Of a DNA stretch of 64,000 nt, positions 9,379 through 21,965 are shown piece by piece (the stretch's first letter is position 1; each line of letters begins with the position of its first letter). Made by a program: the position numbers and the translations under genes. Source of the DNA: an uncultured delta proteobacterium. Its GTDB lineage: Bacteria; Desulfobacterota; Desulfomonilia; UBA1062. The notes beneath the pieces are model-generated. The model did no database searches. It saw only the letters and a program-made list of their open reading frames with translations, and had not been told where the DNA came from. Location of the stretch: contig CAVVYZ010000030.1 in NCBI GenBank assembly GCA_963752595.1, forward strand, positions 64,001-128,000, written 5' to 3'.

Positions 9379-10578
9379 CTACAGAGACATTGATACGCTG
9401 CAGTCAGGCCAGTACAAGAGAGTGTGGTCTTCCCCAAGGACAAACGCTCTCACGGGCCCATCCTGGGAAATAACAAAAACCAGGCTGTCATCGTATGCAC
9501 CAGCAAAGGTCATTGCAGAGTTGTGGCGTGTACCGAGCCGTGATGGATCCAGCATTTCTCCTCCTCCTTCCCCAAACCCGTCCGGGCCGGTGATGATGGG
9601 CCCGGGCCATTGAGGTGCAGAAAGCATGGCCCCGAAGCATATAAGGTTCAGCTCTGTGGTAAGGATCACTGCTCCGTCTATCGTCCCTAGCTGAGCAAGA
9701 AACTTTATTCTTTCCACGATGGCCTTTCTCATTGCAATGCTGGTCGCCACATCGAGATCATTTTGGAGAAGCGGCTCCAGCAGATACTGGATGCTGGTCT
9801 TTTCATGAAAACTGAAACGGGGGATGAAATGGCGAATGCGCAAGTTTTCAGAAGGCAGCAGGACGAAAATTGAACCGTGCCCCCGTGCCGCTGCTTCTGA
9901 AAGGAGCAATTCAACAGCATCCCGGTAAATCCGCCAGTATGAATCGCCGTACTTGACATGCAGTGCATGGTCACGGACACAGTTTATCATGTAATGGCCG
10001 AGAGATTTCACGGTGAAGGGTGAGGGTGTCGCCGGGGCAAATTCTCCATTCAGGATGCGCCCGATCTGATTATGGTGGCGCGCAATCAGGAGCGATCCGG
10101 CATTATTGGCATATACGGTGAACAGGTCAGGCCGATAGGCGAGCTCTCCGTAAACCCACAGGGGGATTTCGTTGAAACGTGACGAGGTGGGAGAGAACGT
10201 AAAGATGCCCCAGATAGTCAGTTCGTCTCCGGCGGTCGCTGGTCCGACAGCCATGGCACTGACGGTGGGGTCGAGGGCCGGGGCCAGCTTGGCTATCGAA
10301 TCTACGGTCAGGGGCAGTGGGTTTTTGAGGTGGAGGAGATATTCCGGAGGCCTCTTCACCATGCTCGATCTCCCTCCGATTTCAGGATCTGCCATAACGA
10401 GAGCGAAGCGGATAGGGCGCCCTTCTTCTCTTTCAAGGCTTGCGAGAAATGCAATTTCAACGACTTTCTTTATCTGGTTGAAGGGGGGCAGGGGGTTATA
10501 GATTTTCTCCTGAAGCGGGTGAGCCTGATCCAAGGACCACGTTTCAATTATTTTTTGAATGATATGATCCTCAAGCAT
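9379..10578 (-). CDS. DAC (DisA_N, diadenylate-cyclase-like) domain protein with large N-terminal putative sensor domain (DACNV-like)
   Basis: C-terminal IDGAVIL, FGA, GTRHNSA and VISQDG motifs; N-terminal AFLASLEREEGR. Confidence 0.75.
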   Translation of the reverse strand: MLEDHIIQKIIETWSLDQAHPLQEKIYNPLPPFNQIKKVVEIAFLASLEREEGRPIRFALVMADPEIGGRSSMVKRPPEYLLHLKNPLPLTVDSIAKLAPALDPTVSAMAVGPATAGDELTIWGIFTFSPTSSRFNEIPLWVYGELAYRPDLFTVYANNAGSLLIARHHNQIGRILNGEFAPATPSPFTVKSLGHYMINCVRDHALHVKYGDSYWRIYRDAVELLLSEAAARGHGSIFVLLPSENLRIRHFIPRFSFHEKTSIQYLLEPLLQNDLDVATSIAMRKAIVERIKFLAQLGTIDGAVILTTELNLICFGAMLSAPQWPGPIITGPDGFGEGGGEMLDPSRLGTRHNSAMTFAGAYDDSLVFVISQDGPVRAFVLGEDHTLLYWPDCSVSMSL

Positions 10579-10849
10579 TAATCATATAGTATATCCCTGA
10601 ATAAGCGTATCTCAATGCAAGCGGGTCAGCCCGATGCATGAATATGCATCCTTTGTTTCGTCATGGTCATCAAAATAGTACTGCAGGGTATTCGAACGTA
10701 TACGCAGCCTTGATGAGTGAGCCCTTGTCGGCAGTGCACGGTAATGTGATCGGTCGGGAAGAAAATGACTGGGTTACCGGTGGTGTCGTTTTGTAATACC
10801 TTTCTTCCGGGAGGCCACTTGTAAAACAGCAAAGGAAAGAGGCATAGTT

Positions 10850-12781
10850 ATGCAAGACAAAGAACATCACGTGCACAATGAGACGGTAAGAGCAGACCCG
10901 GTCTGTGAGACGATTGAGATCTTCGATAAGCTGGATATGGGGGTTATACGCATTGATCACTCTTCACATCTTACCTATTCAAACCCTCCGGCACGGGAAA
11001 TTCTCCAGATGCCGAGTGAAGAATTTGAAGGGAGGCTGATCTGGGACTTCCTTCCGGCCCCTCTTGCAAGGCAGCTTTCCGAAGAGCTTGACCTTACCCG
11101 CAAGGATAGTGCGGTTGTAAGCTTTGATTCATATTATGCAGAGCCGCAGCCCCTCTGGCTTCATTTCCGGTGCCTGCCTACCCGTGAAGGGGTCACCGTT
11201 TTCTTTGAAGATATCACTGAGATCAAGAATGCGCAGGAGTCCCTGAGAAAGTCCAATGAGGATCTTGAGCAGCGGGTTCAGGAGCGGACAAAAAATTTAC
11301 AGCAGGCGAGCCGGAGGCTGGAGGAACAAAAGGAACTCCTGCTGACGATCATCGATAATATCCCTGTCATGCTGACCTTCTACGATCCTCCTGGGACTGT
11401 CAGACTGGTAAACAGGGAGTTCGAGCGGCTTGCCGGATGGTCTCTGGAAGAAGCCCGGAGCATGAACCTCGTGGCGGCTATTTTCCCCGATCCCATTTAC
11501 CGCAAAGGCGTTTGGGAATCCATGATGAATGCAAGGCCCGGATGGAAAGACCTTGAGCTGACCACGCGCTCGGGGAAGCTCATGCATAGCTCCTGGGCAA
11601 ATGTCCGCCTCTCGGACGGCTCGTTGATCGGCATCGGGATCGATATCAGTGCCCGCAAGAAGATGGAGCAGGACCTCCTGCGCCTGGCCAGTGCCATCGA
11701 ACAGGCCGACGAAGGGATCATGATCCTCAACCAGCAATGGGAAATCGAATACGTAAATCCCGCCTATGTGAATATCAGCGGATTTCAGAAACAGGAACTG
11801 ATCAATAAACCGGTATATTTTCTTGAAAGCTTTTTTATCGACAATACCTATCAGGAGATAATCCGAAGGGTTAAGAAAGAAGGAAAGGCGTGGAGCGGCC
11901 ACCAGAAAAGGAAGAGGGCATCAGGTGAACTCATCGAGGTGAACCTCACTGTATCGCCGGTGTTCGGGGCACAGAACGAAATCATCAATTATGTGTTTCT
12001 GGCCAAGGATATTACTGAGGAGATACGGTTCCAGCAGCAGCTTCTCCAGGTACAAAAGATGGAAGCTATCGGCAATCTGGCAGGAGGCATTGCCCATAAT
12101 CTAAAAAGCGCTTTTACCCCTATTTTGATCGACACGGAGATACTCATGGAAGACCTGGGAAACCAGAACCCGTCCTATCCTATTCTGGAAGAGATGCTCA
12201 AGGCAACTCATCAGGGGATAGATCTGGTAAGGCATCTCCTTACGTTCAGCCGACGGACTCCCCAGAGAAAAAAGCCAATAGATGTCGTGCCCATCGTACG
12301 GGAAGCTTTGAACTTCCTCAGGGCATCCTTGCCGAGTACCATCGAGATCCGTCCCCGGATCGATGAAGATAAAGCCATGACCCTTGCAGACGCAACGCAA
12401 ATCAAGCAGGTCCTGATTAATCTGGGCAGTAATGCAGGGTATTCCATGGAAAAGCAGGGAGGAATTCTGGAAGTGGATCTCGGCACCGAAAACATAGATG
12501 CAGAATCAGCCGTACGGGTGTCGCCCGATCTTGCCGCCGGGTCTTATATCCGGATCAAGGTTCGTGATGCAGGGCAAGGCATCAATGAAAAGGCAATAGA
12601 ACATATTTTCGAACCTTTCTTCACGACCAGAGGAGATGGTGAGGGTGCAGGTCTGGGTTTATCGGTCGTGCACGGGATCATAAAAGACCATAACGGGACC
12701 GTTGCTGTGGAGAGTATGCCGGATGCAGGAACAACCTTTACGGTGTTCCTGCCCAAACTGAAGGAGAACCCTACGAGCTAG
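10850..12781 (+). CDS. cytoplasmic multi-PAS sensor histidine kinase (no receiver domain)
   Basis: Three PAS-like repeats, coiled coil, QKMEAIGNLAGGIAH H-box, QVLINL N-box, DAGQG, FEPFFTT, GAGLGL. Confidence 0.93.
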   Translation: MQDKEHHVHNETVRADPVCETIEIFDKLDMGVIRIDHSSHLTYSNPPAREILQMPSEEFEGRLIWDFLPAPLARQLSEELDLTRKDSAVVSFDSYYAEPQPLWLHFRCLPTREGVTVFFEDITEIKNAQESLRKSNEDLEQRVQERTKNLQQASRRLEEQKELLLTIIDNIPVMLTFYDPPGTVRLVNREFERLAGWSLEEARSMNLVAAIFPDPIYRKGVWESMMNARPGWKDLELTTRSGKLMHSSWANVRLSDGSLIGIGIDISARKKMEQDLLRLASAIEQADEGIMILNQQWEIEYVNPAYVNISGFQKQELINKPVYFLESFFIDNTYQEIIRRVKKEGKAWSGHQKRKRASGELIEVNLTVSPVFGAQNEIINYVFLAKDITEEIRFQQQLLQVQKMEAIGNLAGGIAHNLKSAFTPILIDTEILMEDLGNQNPSYPILEEMLKATHQGIDLVRHLLTFSRRTPQRKKPIDVVPIVREALNFLRASLPSTIEIRPRIDEDKAMTLADATQIKQVLINLGSNAGYSMEKQGGILEVDLGTENIDAESAVRVSPDLAAGSYIRIKVRDAGQGINEKAIEHIFEPFFTTRGDGEGAGLGLSVVHGIIKDHNGTVAVESMPDAGTTFTVFLPKLKENPTS

Positions 12782-12828
12782 GGAAAGGGTGCAGCCGTTT
12801 GATCCGGGCTTAAAGGCCGATCAGTCTT

Positions 12829-13353
12829 TTACAGCTTCACCACGACGCATTCTTTCTGGAGCCTGCTGCTGAGCGTGCCGCAGTACCTTTCGGCCACTTC
12901 ACGGGTATGGAAATTTCCCCATCTCACGATATACCACCGGCTGTTGTCATCGACCAAGCACCGCAGGTGGGTTTTGCCTTCGAGCTCGGCTGCGTACTGC
13001 TTTGCTGCCTCGAGGGATTTGAACGAAGCGATCTGCACGCTGAAACTCTCACCGGACGAAGACTGGCTTTTATCCTTGAGCAGGAGGATGTCCCAGTAGG
13101 AGTATTCAAAGCTGTTTGCAGAACTCTTCTGCGGCGCTTCCTTCTCACCCTCGACCGCGCTTTTCTCCGGGCCTTTTGATACGAGCTTGTTCAGTTTCGT
13201 TTCCAGGGGGTCGTAGGAATACTCGGGCCGGGCATTGATCGTGGAAAAGAGAAGGCTCGCCCCGGCAAGGATGCCCAAGGACAGGAAGAGCAAGGCGATG
13301 TTTTTGGGGAGGGACTGTTTTTTGCTATGCTTACGCTTTCTTACCATACCCAC
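12829..13353 (-). CDS. SPOR domain membrane protein
   Basis: Basic N-terminus plus TM helix; FSVQIASFKS and WYIVRWGNF SPOR motifs; typical position after argS. Confidence 0.8.
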   Translation of the reverse strand: MGMVRKRKHSKKQSLPKNIALLFLSLGILAGASLLFSTINARPEYSYDPLETKLNKLVSKGPEKSAVEGEKEAPQKSSANSFEYSYWDILLLKDKSQSSSGESFSVQIASFKSLEAAKQYAAELEGKTHLRCLVDDNSRWYIVRWGNFHTREVAERYCGTLSSRLQKECVVVKL

Positions 13354-15028
<1,675 letters not shown>

Positions 15029-15224
15029 GAATGGTTCCTCTTTACACGGCCTTGGTTCAAAGATATTATTATCCCATGGACTTCGATGCCTCATGTAATA
15101 TCAAATTCCTGTCATTTGTCCAGGGATTTTGATCAGAAAAACCGGTTACGAACATTTTGCACCGATGTTCATGAGAATGGCCATGCCTCCGGAAGCCGGG
15201 CAATGGCGGTAAACTGTTTGTATA

Positions 15225-15253
15225 TTGACATCAATGCTGAGAGACTCTATAAA
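15225..15253 (+). promoter_or_regulatory. sigma-70-type promoter of the hrcA-grpE-dnaK operon
   Basis: TTGACA-N17-TATAAA. Confidence 0.75.
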
Positions 15254-15258
15254 CATTG

Positions 15259-15285
15259 TTAGCAGATAAGGTAAGCGAGTGCTAA
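15259..15285 (+). promoter_or_regulatory. CIRCE element (HrcA operator)
   Basis: TTAGCAGAT-N9-GAGTGCTAA versus consensus TTAGCACTC-N9-GAGTGCTAA, directly before hrcA. Confidence 0.85.
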
Positions 15286-15290
15286 GATTA

Positions 15291-16329
15291 ATGACGTACC
15301 ACTTAGCGAACGAGATAAAAGCATACTGGGTGCAATCATTCAGGAGTACGTATAGACCGGAGAGCCGGTGGGATCAAGGATCGTAGCCCGGAAGTACATG
15401 CTCGCCCTTTCTCCGGCAACGATCCGCAATGTCATGGCCGATCTCGAGGAGATGGGGCTGCTGTACCAGCCCCATATTTCTGCCGGGAGGATCCCGACAC
15501 CGGAAGGGTTCCGCTATTACCTGAGCGAAATCATGGAGATCCAGGCATTGCCCAAGGGGGAGAAGAATCATGATCTCCCGTCACATGGCCACGGGCCATG
15601 GGGGATGTCAAGGAAACACTCCGGGAGGCATCCAGCCTGCTTTCCCAGATATCCCGGAATGCCTCGATCGTCATCCTGCCCAAGCTGGAGACCTTCCTGT
15701 TCAAGCGCATCGATTTCGTCAGGCTCGATGAAAGCAGGATCCTGGTGATATCTGGTGAGCAGGGCAGGAATGGTTTACAATCATATCGTCTACGGAGAAG
15801 ATGTATCCCAGGACCTCCTGGTCAAGTACTCGAATTACCTGAATGAGACTTATGCGGACCTTACCATCCATGAGATGAGGGACAGCTCGTCAAGGAGATG
15901 TCGAGCGAAAAGGCAAGGTTCGACATCATCTGGTAAAACAGGCAGTCAGTCTGGGCATGACGGCCCTCGAAAGGCGTTGAAGGCTCGCCGGATATCTACA
16001 TTCAGGGCAAACAGAGCGTTTTCAACAGCCCTGAGATGGCCGATCTCGACAGGTTCAGAGAGATCGTCAACGCCTTTGAAGACAAAGGGCAGATCGTGCG
16101 CATTCTCAACAGGGTTCTCGAAATCCCGGGGGTAAAGGTCCTGCTGGGAGAGGATATGGAGCATTTGGGTATGGACGATTTCAGCCTGGTTGCAAGCGGA
16201 TACTGCCGCAGGGATGTCCCTGTGGGATCACTAGGCGTGATCGGCCCGATCCGGATGGATTACTCACGGGTCATACCTCTGGTGGGATACATGGCCAAAA
16301 TATTGAGCGATCTATTGGAGGACGTGTAG
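15291..16329 (+). CDS. hrcA: heat-inducible transcription repressor HrcA; frameshifts and one in-frame TAG (probable errors)
   Basis: [66 protein letters not shown]. Confidence 0.92.
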
Positions 16330-16330
16330 G

Positions 16331-16883
16331 ATGGAGGAAGAAAGAAAAGATACGATACAGAGAGATGAACAGGGAGTTGATGAGAGACCCGAGTCCCGCG
16401 AAGGAGAAGTAAAAGAAGCCCCGGGATGCATTGACGAAGTTACCGAGCTCAAGGTGCAGGCGGAGGAATACAAGGACCGATACTTGCGTTCCTGCGCCGA
16501 GATGGATAATATGAGGAAGCGTTTTGCCCGGGAAAGGCAGGACATTATCAAGTACGGGACGGAAAAGCTGCTGAAGGATTTTCTCCTTGTATACGATGCC
16601 ATCGAGAAGTCGATCCACACGGCGATCGAAAGGCATCCCGATGATGAACAGTTCATTCAAGGGTTAAAGATGACGGAAAAATTGTTTCTTGAAACCTTGA
16701 AAAAACACCAGGTGGAACCTATAGAAACACATGATGTACCCTTTGATCCCAGGTACCATGAAGCCATGATGCAGGAGCAGAAGGAAGATGTGCCCAAAGG
16801 GATGGTAGTGAGAGAGACTCGAAAAAGGATTCATGGTACATGACAGGGTATTGAGACCAGCGAAGGTGACAGTTTCAAGCTGA
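16331..16883 (+). CDS. grpE: nucleotide exchange factor GrpE; frameshift near the 3' end
   Basis: YLRSCAEMDNMRKR, FDPRYHEAM; shifted tail EKGFMVHDRVLRPAKVTVS*. Confidence 0.93.
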
Positions 16884-16913
16884 CAATAGGAGAAAATTAC
16901 AAGGAGGAGAAGC

Positions 16914-18833
16914 ATGGGAAAGATTTTAGGAATTGATCTGGGAACCACCTTTTCCTGCATGGCTATCATGGAGGGTGGTGAACCGAAGGTCATACCAAAC
17001 GCTGAAGGAGCGCGGACGACACCTTCCGTGGTCGCATTTACCAGCAGCGGAGAAAGGCTCGTGGGGCAGGTTGCCAGACGGCAGGCCATAACAAATTCAG
17101 AGAATACTCTCTTTGCGATAAAGCGGCTCATTGGAAGAAAGTATGAAGATGACGAGGTCCAGAAGGATAAAGGAATCATGCCCTTCAAGATCGTCAGGGC
17201 CGATAACGGTGATGCAGCCATCAGCGTTGAAGACCGCAAATATGCATCGCCCGAGATATCGGCCATGGTCCTCCAGAAGTTGAAGATGGACGCCGAGGCA
17301 TATCTCGGAGAGAAGATAGAAGAGGCCGTTATTACGGTTCCTGCCTATTTCAACGACTCCCAGCGCCAGGCGACAAAGGATGCAGGAAAGATCGCCGGCT
17401 TCGAGGTGAAGCGCATCATCAACGAGCCCACGGCGGCAGCCCTTGCCTACGGCCTCGACAGGAAAAAGGAAGAAAAGGTCGCGGTATTCGACTTTGGCGG
17501 AGGGACCTTCGACATCTCCATCCTCGAGATCGGGGACGGCGTCTTCGAGGTGAAGTCCACCAACGGCGACACCCATCTGGGGGGCGAGGACATCGACAAC
17601 CGGATCATCGATTACCTGGTCGCGGAATTCAAGAAGGAGACCGGGGTCGACCTGAGCAAGGACAGGATGGCCCTCCAGCGCCTCAAGGAAGCTGCGGAAA
17701 GGGCAAAGGTAGAGCTCTCATCCATGATGGAGACCGAGATCAACCTGCCCTTCATCACCGCCGACCAGTCAGGGCCGAAGCACCTCAATATGAAGCTGAC
17801 CAGGGCCAAGCTCGAATCCCTGGTGGAAGACATTATCTCAAAACTCGAAGGACCCTGCAGAAAGGCAATGAGCGATGCAGGAATGTCCACGAACGATATC
17901 GACGAGGTCATCCTGGTGGGCGGGCAGACACGTATGCCCAAGGTCCAGCAAAAGGTGAGGGAGATCTTCGGGAAAGAGCCTCACAAGGGAGTGAACCCCG
18001 ATGAGGTCGTGGCAATCGGGGCAGCCATCCAGGGCGGCGTGCTGGGCGGAGAAGTCAAGGATGTGCTTCTGCTCGATGTTACCCCGCTCTCTTTAGGCAT
18101 CGAGACTTTGGGCGGCGTGTTCACGAAGATCATCGAGCGCAACACCACGATCCCGACGAAAAAGACCCAGGTGTTCTCAACAGCGGAGGACAGCCAGAAC
18201 GCCGTTACCATCAGGGTGTTCCAAGGCGAGAGGCCCATGGCAAACGACAACAAGCTCCTCGGACAGTTCGATCTGGTGGGGATCCCGGCGGCGCCGCGCG
18301 GCATCCCGCAGATAGAGGTGAGCTTCGACATCGATGCCAACGGCATTCTTCATGTCTCGGCCAAAGACAAGGCGACCGGCAAGGAGCAGTCCATCAAGAT
18401 AACGAGCTCTTCCGGCTTGAACGAGCAGGATATCAACCGCATGATCCACGAGGCGGAAGAGCACGAATCCGAAGACAAGAAGCGCCAGGCCCTGGTAGAA
18501 GCGAAGAACAGGGCGGATTCCCTGGTCTATACTACGGACAAGACGCTGAAAGAGCACGGCGACAAGGTCGATGCCCAGACCCGGGCAAGCATCGAGAACG
18601 CCTTGGCAGATCTCAAGGATGCCATGAAGAGCGATGATGTCGACCAGATCAACCGGAAGATCGAAACGCTGACCTCTGCTTCCCACAAGCTCGCCGAGGT
18701 GATCTATGCGCAGGCTGCGGGCAGCGGGCCCGGCGGAGCCCAGGCCGGAGCACAAGGCGGCGCAGGAGGGAAACGGCCGGATGAAGACGTCGTGGAGGCG
18801 GAGTTCGAAGAGGTAAAGGGAGACAAGCATTAA
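16914..18833 (+). CDS. dnaK: molecular chaperone DnaK
   Basis: [33 protein letters not shown]; intact 639 aa. Confidence 0.99.
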   Translation: MGKILGIDLGTTFSCMAIMEGGEPKVIPNAEGARTTPSVVAFTSSGERLVGQVARRQAITNSENTLFAIKRLIGRKYEDDEVQKDKGIMPFKIVRADNGDAAISVEDRKYASPEISAMVLQKLKMDAEAYLGEKIEEAVITVPAYFNDSQRQATKDAGKIAGFEVKRIINEPTAAALAYGLDRKKEEKVAVFDFGGGTFDISILEIGDGVFEVKSTNGDTHLGGEDIDNRIIDYLVAEFKKETGVDLSKDRMALQRLKEAAERAKVELSSMMETEINLPFITADQSGPKHLNMKLTRAKLESLVEDIISKLEGPCRKAMSDAGMSTNDIDEVILVGGQTRMPKVQQKVREIFGKEPHKGVNPDEVVAIGAAIQGGVLGGEVKDVLLLDVTPLSLGIETLGGVFTKIIERNTTIPTKKTQVFSTAEDSQNAVTIRVFQGERPMANDNKLLGQFDLVGIPAAPRGIPQIEVSFDIDANGILHVSAKDKATGKEQSIKITSSSGLNEQDINRMIHEAEEHESEDKKRQALVEAKNRADSLVYTTDKTLKEHGDKVDAQTRASIENALADLKDAMKSDDVDQINRKIETLTSASHKLAEVIYAQAAGSGPGGAQAGAQGGAGGKRPDEDVVEAEFEEVKGDKH

Positions 18834-18842
18834 AGATGCGAA

Positions 18843-18892
18843 AGGGCAGGGATCCTGATAGATGCTCGATGGATCCTGCCCCTCATTCGTTT
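18843..18892 (+). terminator. stem-loop after dnaK (terminator or stabiliser)
   Basis: GGGCAGGGATCC...GGATCCTGCCC inverted repeat followed by a weak T-rich tail. Confidence 0.5.
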
Positions 18893-18923
18893 CAGCAGAC
18901 TTTTTGTGCGCAGAAGGGGAGCC

Positions 18924-19264
18924 ATGCCGATCTATGAATATAAATGCCTTGCCTGTGGAACCGTGAAAGGGCTGCTCGTACAGGGTTTCAAAGACCCGGA
19001 GGGACTCGCCTGCGAAGCGTGCGGTTCAGCCGACTTGAAGCGCATCATCTCGAGAACCAACTATCACCAGTCCCATTCAGCAGGCTTAATTCCTATGACC
19101 CGAGTGCCAGGCATTCGGAGAGCTTTCTCCAGGACTCACGGAATATCGGGCTTCATGCAGAGCATATGCTTCGGCAGTCAGGGGTAAAGCCAACGGAAGA
19201 ATTCCAGAACAAGATCGAGAGCTTAAGAACCGACCCATCCCGTATACTCAAGGATGAAGGTTGA
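18924..19264 (+). CDS. FmdB family zinc-ribbon protein; one frameshift
   Basis: MPIYEYKCLACG ... CEACGS ... LKRIIS; C-terminal part continues in ORF 18944..19264. Confidence 0.8.
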
Positions 19265-19272
19265 CACTACCT

Positions 19273-20370
19273 TTAGAAATTGAACAGCTTCTTCTTTGAC
19301 GGACTCTTCACGTTCTCGCCGGTAGCCTTGGCGAATTCCTGCAGGATCTGCTGCTGTTCCTTGGAGAGCTTTCTGGGTATCTCAACCCGTATTCCCACAT
19401 TGAGCGAACCGCTCCCATGGGACCTCAGATGCTTTATCCCCTTGTCTTTGACCGTATAGATCTCGTTCGGCTGGGTTCCCGGCTTGATTTCCAGGTCTGT
19501 CTCGCCCTCGAGGGTAGGGACCTTGATGGAGGTCCCGAGCGCTGCCTGGACAAAGGAGATATTCGTTTCAATATACAGGTCGTCGCCCTGCCTGATGAAA
19601 GTTTCATGGGGCTTGATATCGATGAAAACGTAGAGATCGCCGGTAGGGCCGCCCATATCCCCGGCTTCTCCCTCTCCGGTGATGCGCATGGTTGCACCGG
19701 CATCTACCCCGGGCGGGATTTTCACCTTGATCTTTTTCTTCCGGGTAATGGTTCCTGAGCCCCTGCAGGTTTTGCATGGTTTGGAAATCACCTTTCCGGT
19801 CCCCCGGCAATGGGCGCAGGTGGTGGATATGGTGAAGAACCCTTGTGTACGGTATACCTGGCCTTTCCCTCCGCAGACGCCGCACGTTTCCGGGGAAGTG
19901 CCCGGTTCGGCGCCGCTGCCGTTGCAGCGGTCGCAGGTTTCGCTCTTGGGGATATCCAGCTCGATCTCGGTGCCTTTGGCAGCCTCTTCCAGAGAGATGG
20001 CCATGTCGTAACGCAGATCGGATCCGCGCGAAGGCCTTCTTCTCTGCGATCTCCTGCCGCCGGAAAAACCGAAGACATCTCCGAAGATATCCGAGAAGCT
20101 GCTGAATATGTCGTCGAAATTGGAGAATCCCTGGAAGCCGCTTCCCTGAAGGCCTTCATGGCCGTACTGGTCGTATATGCGCTTTTTCTCAGTGTCGCTC
20201 AAGACTTCGTACGCTTCGGCAGCCTCTTTGAACTTGGCCTCCGCCTCGTGATCTCCGGGATTCCTGTCCGGATGGTATTTCATTGCAAGCTGCCGGTATG
20301 TCTTCTTGATCTCTTCTGCAGAAGCCGACCGTGCTATTCCAAGGATTTCGTAGTAATCCTTTTTTGTCAT
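19273..20370 (-). CDS. dnaJ: chaperone DnaJ
   Basis: J-domain with HPD, G/F-rich region, four CxxCxGxG repeats. Confidence 0.98.
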   Translation of the reverse strand: MTKKDYYEILGIARSASAEEIKKTYRQLAMKYHPDRNPGDHEAEAKFKEAAEAYEVLSDTEKKRIYDQYGHEGLQGSGFQGFSNFDDIFSSFSDIFGDVFGFSGGRRSQRRRPSRGSDLRYDMAISLEEAAKGTEIELDIPKSETCDRCNGSGAEPGTSPETCGVCGGKGQVYRTQGFFTISTTCAHCRGTGKVISKPCKTCRGSGTITRKKKIKVKIPPGVDAGATMRITGEGEAGDMGGPTGDLYVFIDIKPHETFIRQGDDLYIETNISFVQAALGTSIKVPTLEGETDLEIKPGTQPNEIYTVKDKGIKHLRSHGSGSLNVGIRVEIPRKLSKEQQQILQEFAKATGENVKSPSKKKLFNF

Positions 20371-20561
20371 GATTTCTCGTTCAGTGATATCTTCCCTTCC
20401 GCAAGTTCTCTCAGGGCAGTTACGACAGCCCTGTTCTCTTTACGTTTGGAAAGAGTCGGGGCTCCTTTCATGAGCTGTTTGGTGCGCTTCGATGCTGCTA
20501 TTGCAAGCGAAAAGCGGTCATGCACCTTTTCTAAGCAATCTTCAACTGTTACTCGTGCCAT
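20367..20561 (-). CDS. rpoZ: RNA polymerase omega subunit
   Basis: [19 protein letters not shown] ... [11 protein letters not shown]. Confidence 0.95.
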   Translation of the reverse strand: MARVTVEDCLEKVHDRFSLAIAASKRTKQLMKGAPTLSKRKENRAVVTALRELAEGKISLNEKS

Positions 20562-20645
20562 TGTATTCCTTCCTGAATCAAAAAGTGAAAGAGTTCTTGC
20601 CACATAATTCAAAAATCGTCAAGACCATTGATGGATAAGGAAACA

Positions 20646-21920
20646 TCAGTCTTCGTAGTTTCCTTTCGGGCCGGCTTGTTCCTTCTTGAACTTTTTGGCC
20701 CGCTCGATGATCTTGTCTTTTGTCCACTCATCGGGGTCTTCGATCCTTTTTGCCTTGGGACCCATATCATGGGATCCTGCTTCCAGGATGGCTTCCATGG
20801 CGAGCGGTGCAGTGTCCGAGGCATTGAAATAGTTGGCCAGGAGGTCATGGATGAAATCCTCCACGCCCTTTTCCATCCTCTCCCGAATGGCTCTCGGCTG
20901 AGCGAGGAGCCTTTTCTCGAAGGGCAGGTTGAGCTTCTTGTAGTCGCCTTTCTTCAGTGATTTACCATCGGCATAGGCAACCATCTCCTGCCAGAGCTCT
21001 TCGCTTACCCCATGGGTGGGGAGCTTGATGAAGTTTCCGGATTCATCGAGGAGGGCATTCCCGTACGGATTGACCTTTACGCCCCAGGATATCATCTGCA
21101 GGGCGGTGGCGACATTGGCCTTGGTGGTCCTGGTTTCGGTGGCGATGCGCTTGAGGCGCTCCATGCTGTTGCCCGAGGTGCCGTGCTGGGCGCCCGATAC
21201 CCCGTACTTTGCCAGGGCCTCGTGGATTTCCCTGGTCAGCTCCACCTGAATGCCGGCATCGCTTTCTTCGATGCCGTGGGTTGTCCCGTTGTTGAGCGCG
21301 ATCCAGTCAGGGAAGATGCCGTGGGCATTCAATCCCTGGATGAGAAAGAGCGCCTCTTCCGGGGTGGAAAGGCCTGTCTTCCCCTTGATTTCACCCACTT
21401 CGGTTTCATATCCTGCCCAGGAGGGGATGTAAGTGCTCAGCTCGATATTGGCGAGCAGATTTTCTTCTTCGGGCATATGGGAGGCATCAACGGCAACCGA
21501 GGTGATCCCTGCATCGAACATGGAGGGGATATCCACTCTGGCTTTTTCCACCTCGATGGGCTTTTTGAGGCCGAAGTGATCGGCATGGACAGCCACTGGA
21601 ACGGTGATGCCGAGCTCATTGCAGAAGGCATCCACATACTGTGCGAGGTTCCACATATTCTGCAGGCAGTAATCGCTCTCGGACTTGGCGATCTCGATGA
21701 TGATGGCTGCATTTGCCCGCTGTGCGGCTTTCAGCGCGGCCCTGATAACGGAGCTGTTCCTGCCGTTTGCCGCCATGGTCATGGCACGGCCTTTTTTGAG
21801 CATGGCACGGTCAATGACTTTGCCGCTCACGATCAGGGCCTTGGAGTTCGGGAACAGCCTTTTTATGTTCGGCGGCCTGCCTATTTCAAGCACTTTGTTG
21901 AAATCCGCTGGTTTGCTCAT
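20646..21920 (-). CDS. fba: class II fructose-bisphosphate aldolase
   Basis: VHADH, VDASH, ETEVGEI, NNGTTHG, AQHGTSG, KANVATA; adjacent to fbp. Confidence 0.9.
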   Translation of the reverse strand: MSKPADFNKVLEIGRPPNIKRLFPNSKALIVSGKVIDRAMLKKGRAMTMAANGRNSSVIRAALKAAQRANAAIIIEIAKSESDYCLQNMWNLAQYVDAFCNELGITVPVAVHADHFGLKKPIEVEKARVDIPSMFDAGITSVAVDASHMPEEENLLANIELSTYIPSWAGYETEVGEIKGKTGLSTPEEALFLIQGLNAHGIFPDWIALNNGTTHGIEESDAGIQVELTREIHEALAKYGVSGAQHGTSGNSMERLKRIATETRTTKANVATALQMISWGVKVNPYGNALLDESGNFIKLPTHGVSEELWQEMVAYADGKSLKKGDYKKLNLPFEKRLLAQPRAIRERMEKGVEDFIHDLLANYFNASDTAPLAMEAILEAGSHDMGPKAKRIEDPDEWTKDKIIERAKKFKKEQAGPKGNYED

Positions 21921-21965
21921 ACACGCTCTCCTCTTCTGTGTTTTCTTTCAAGCGTTTTTTTAAGT

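Noticed and set aside
10841-10856. Sigma-54-like motifs near 10841 and 29582
   Set aside because: GG-GC spacing is 9 nt rather than the required 10
15353-15355. In-frame TAG in hrcA as possible amber read-through (pyrrolysine or recoding)
   Set aside because: Lies in an indel-rich patch; TAG serves as a normal stop elsewhere in the window; no pyl genes seen
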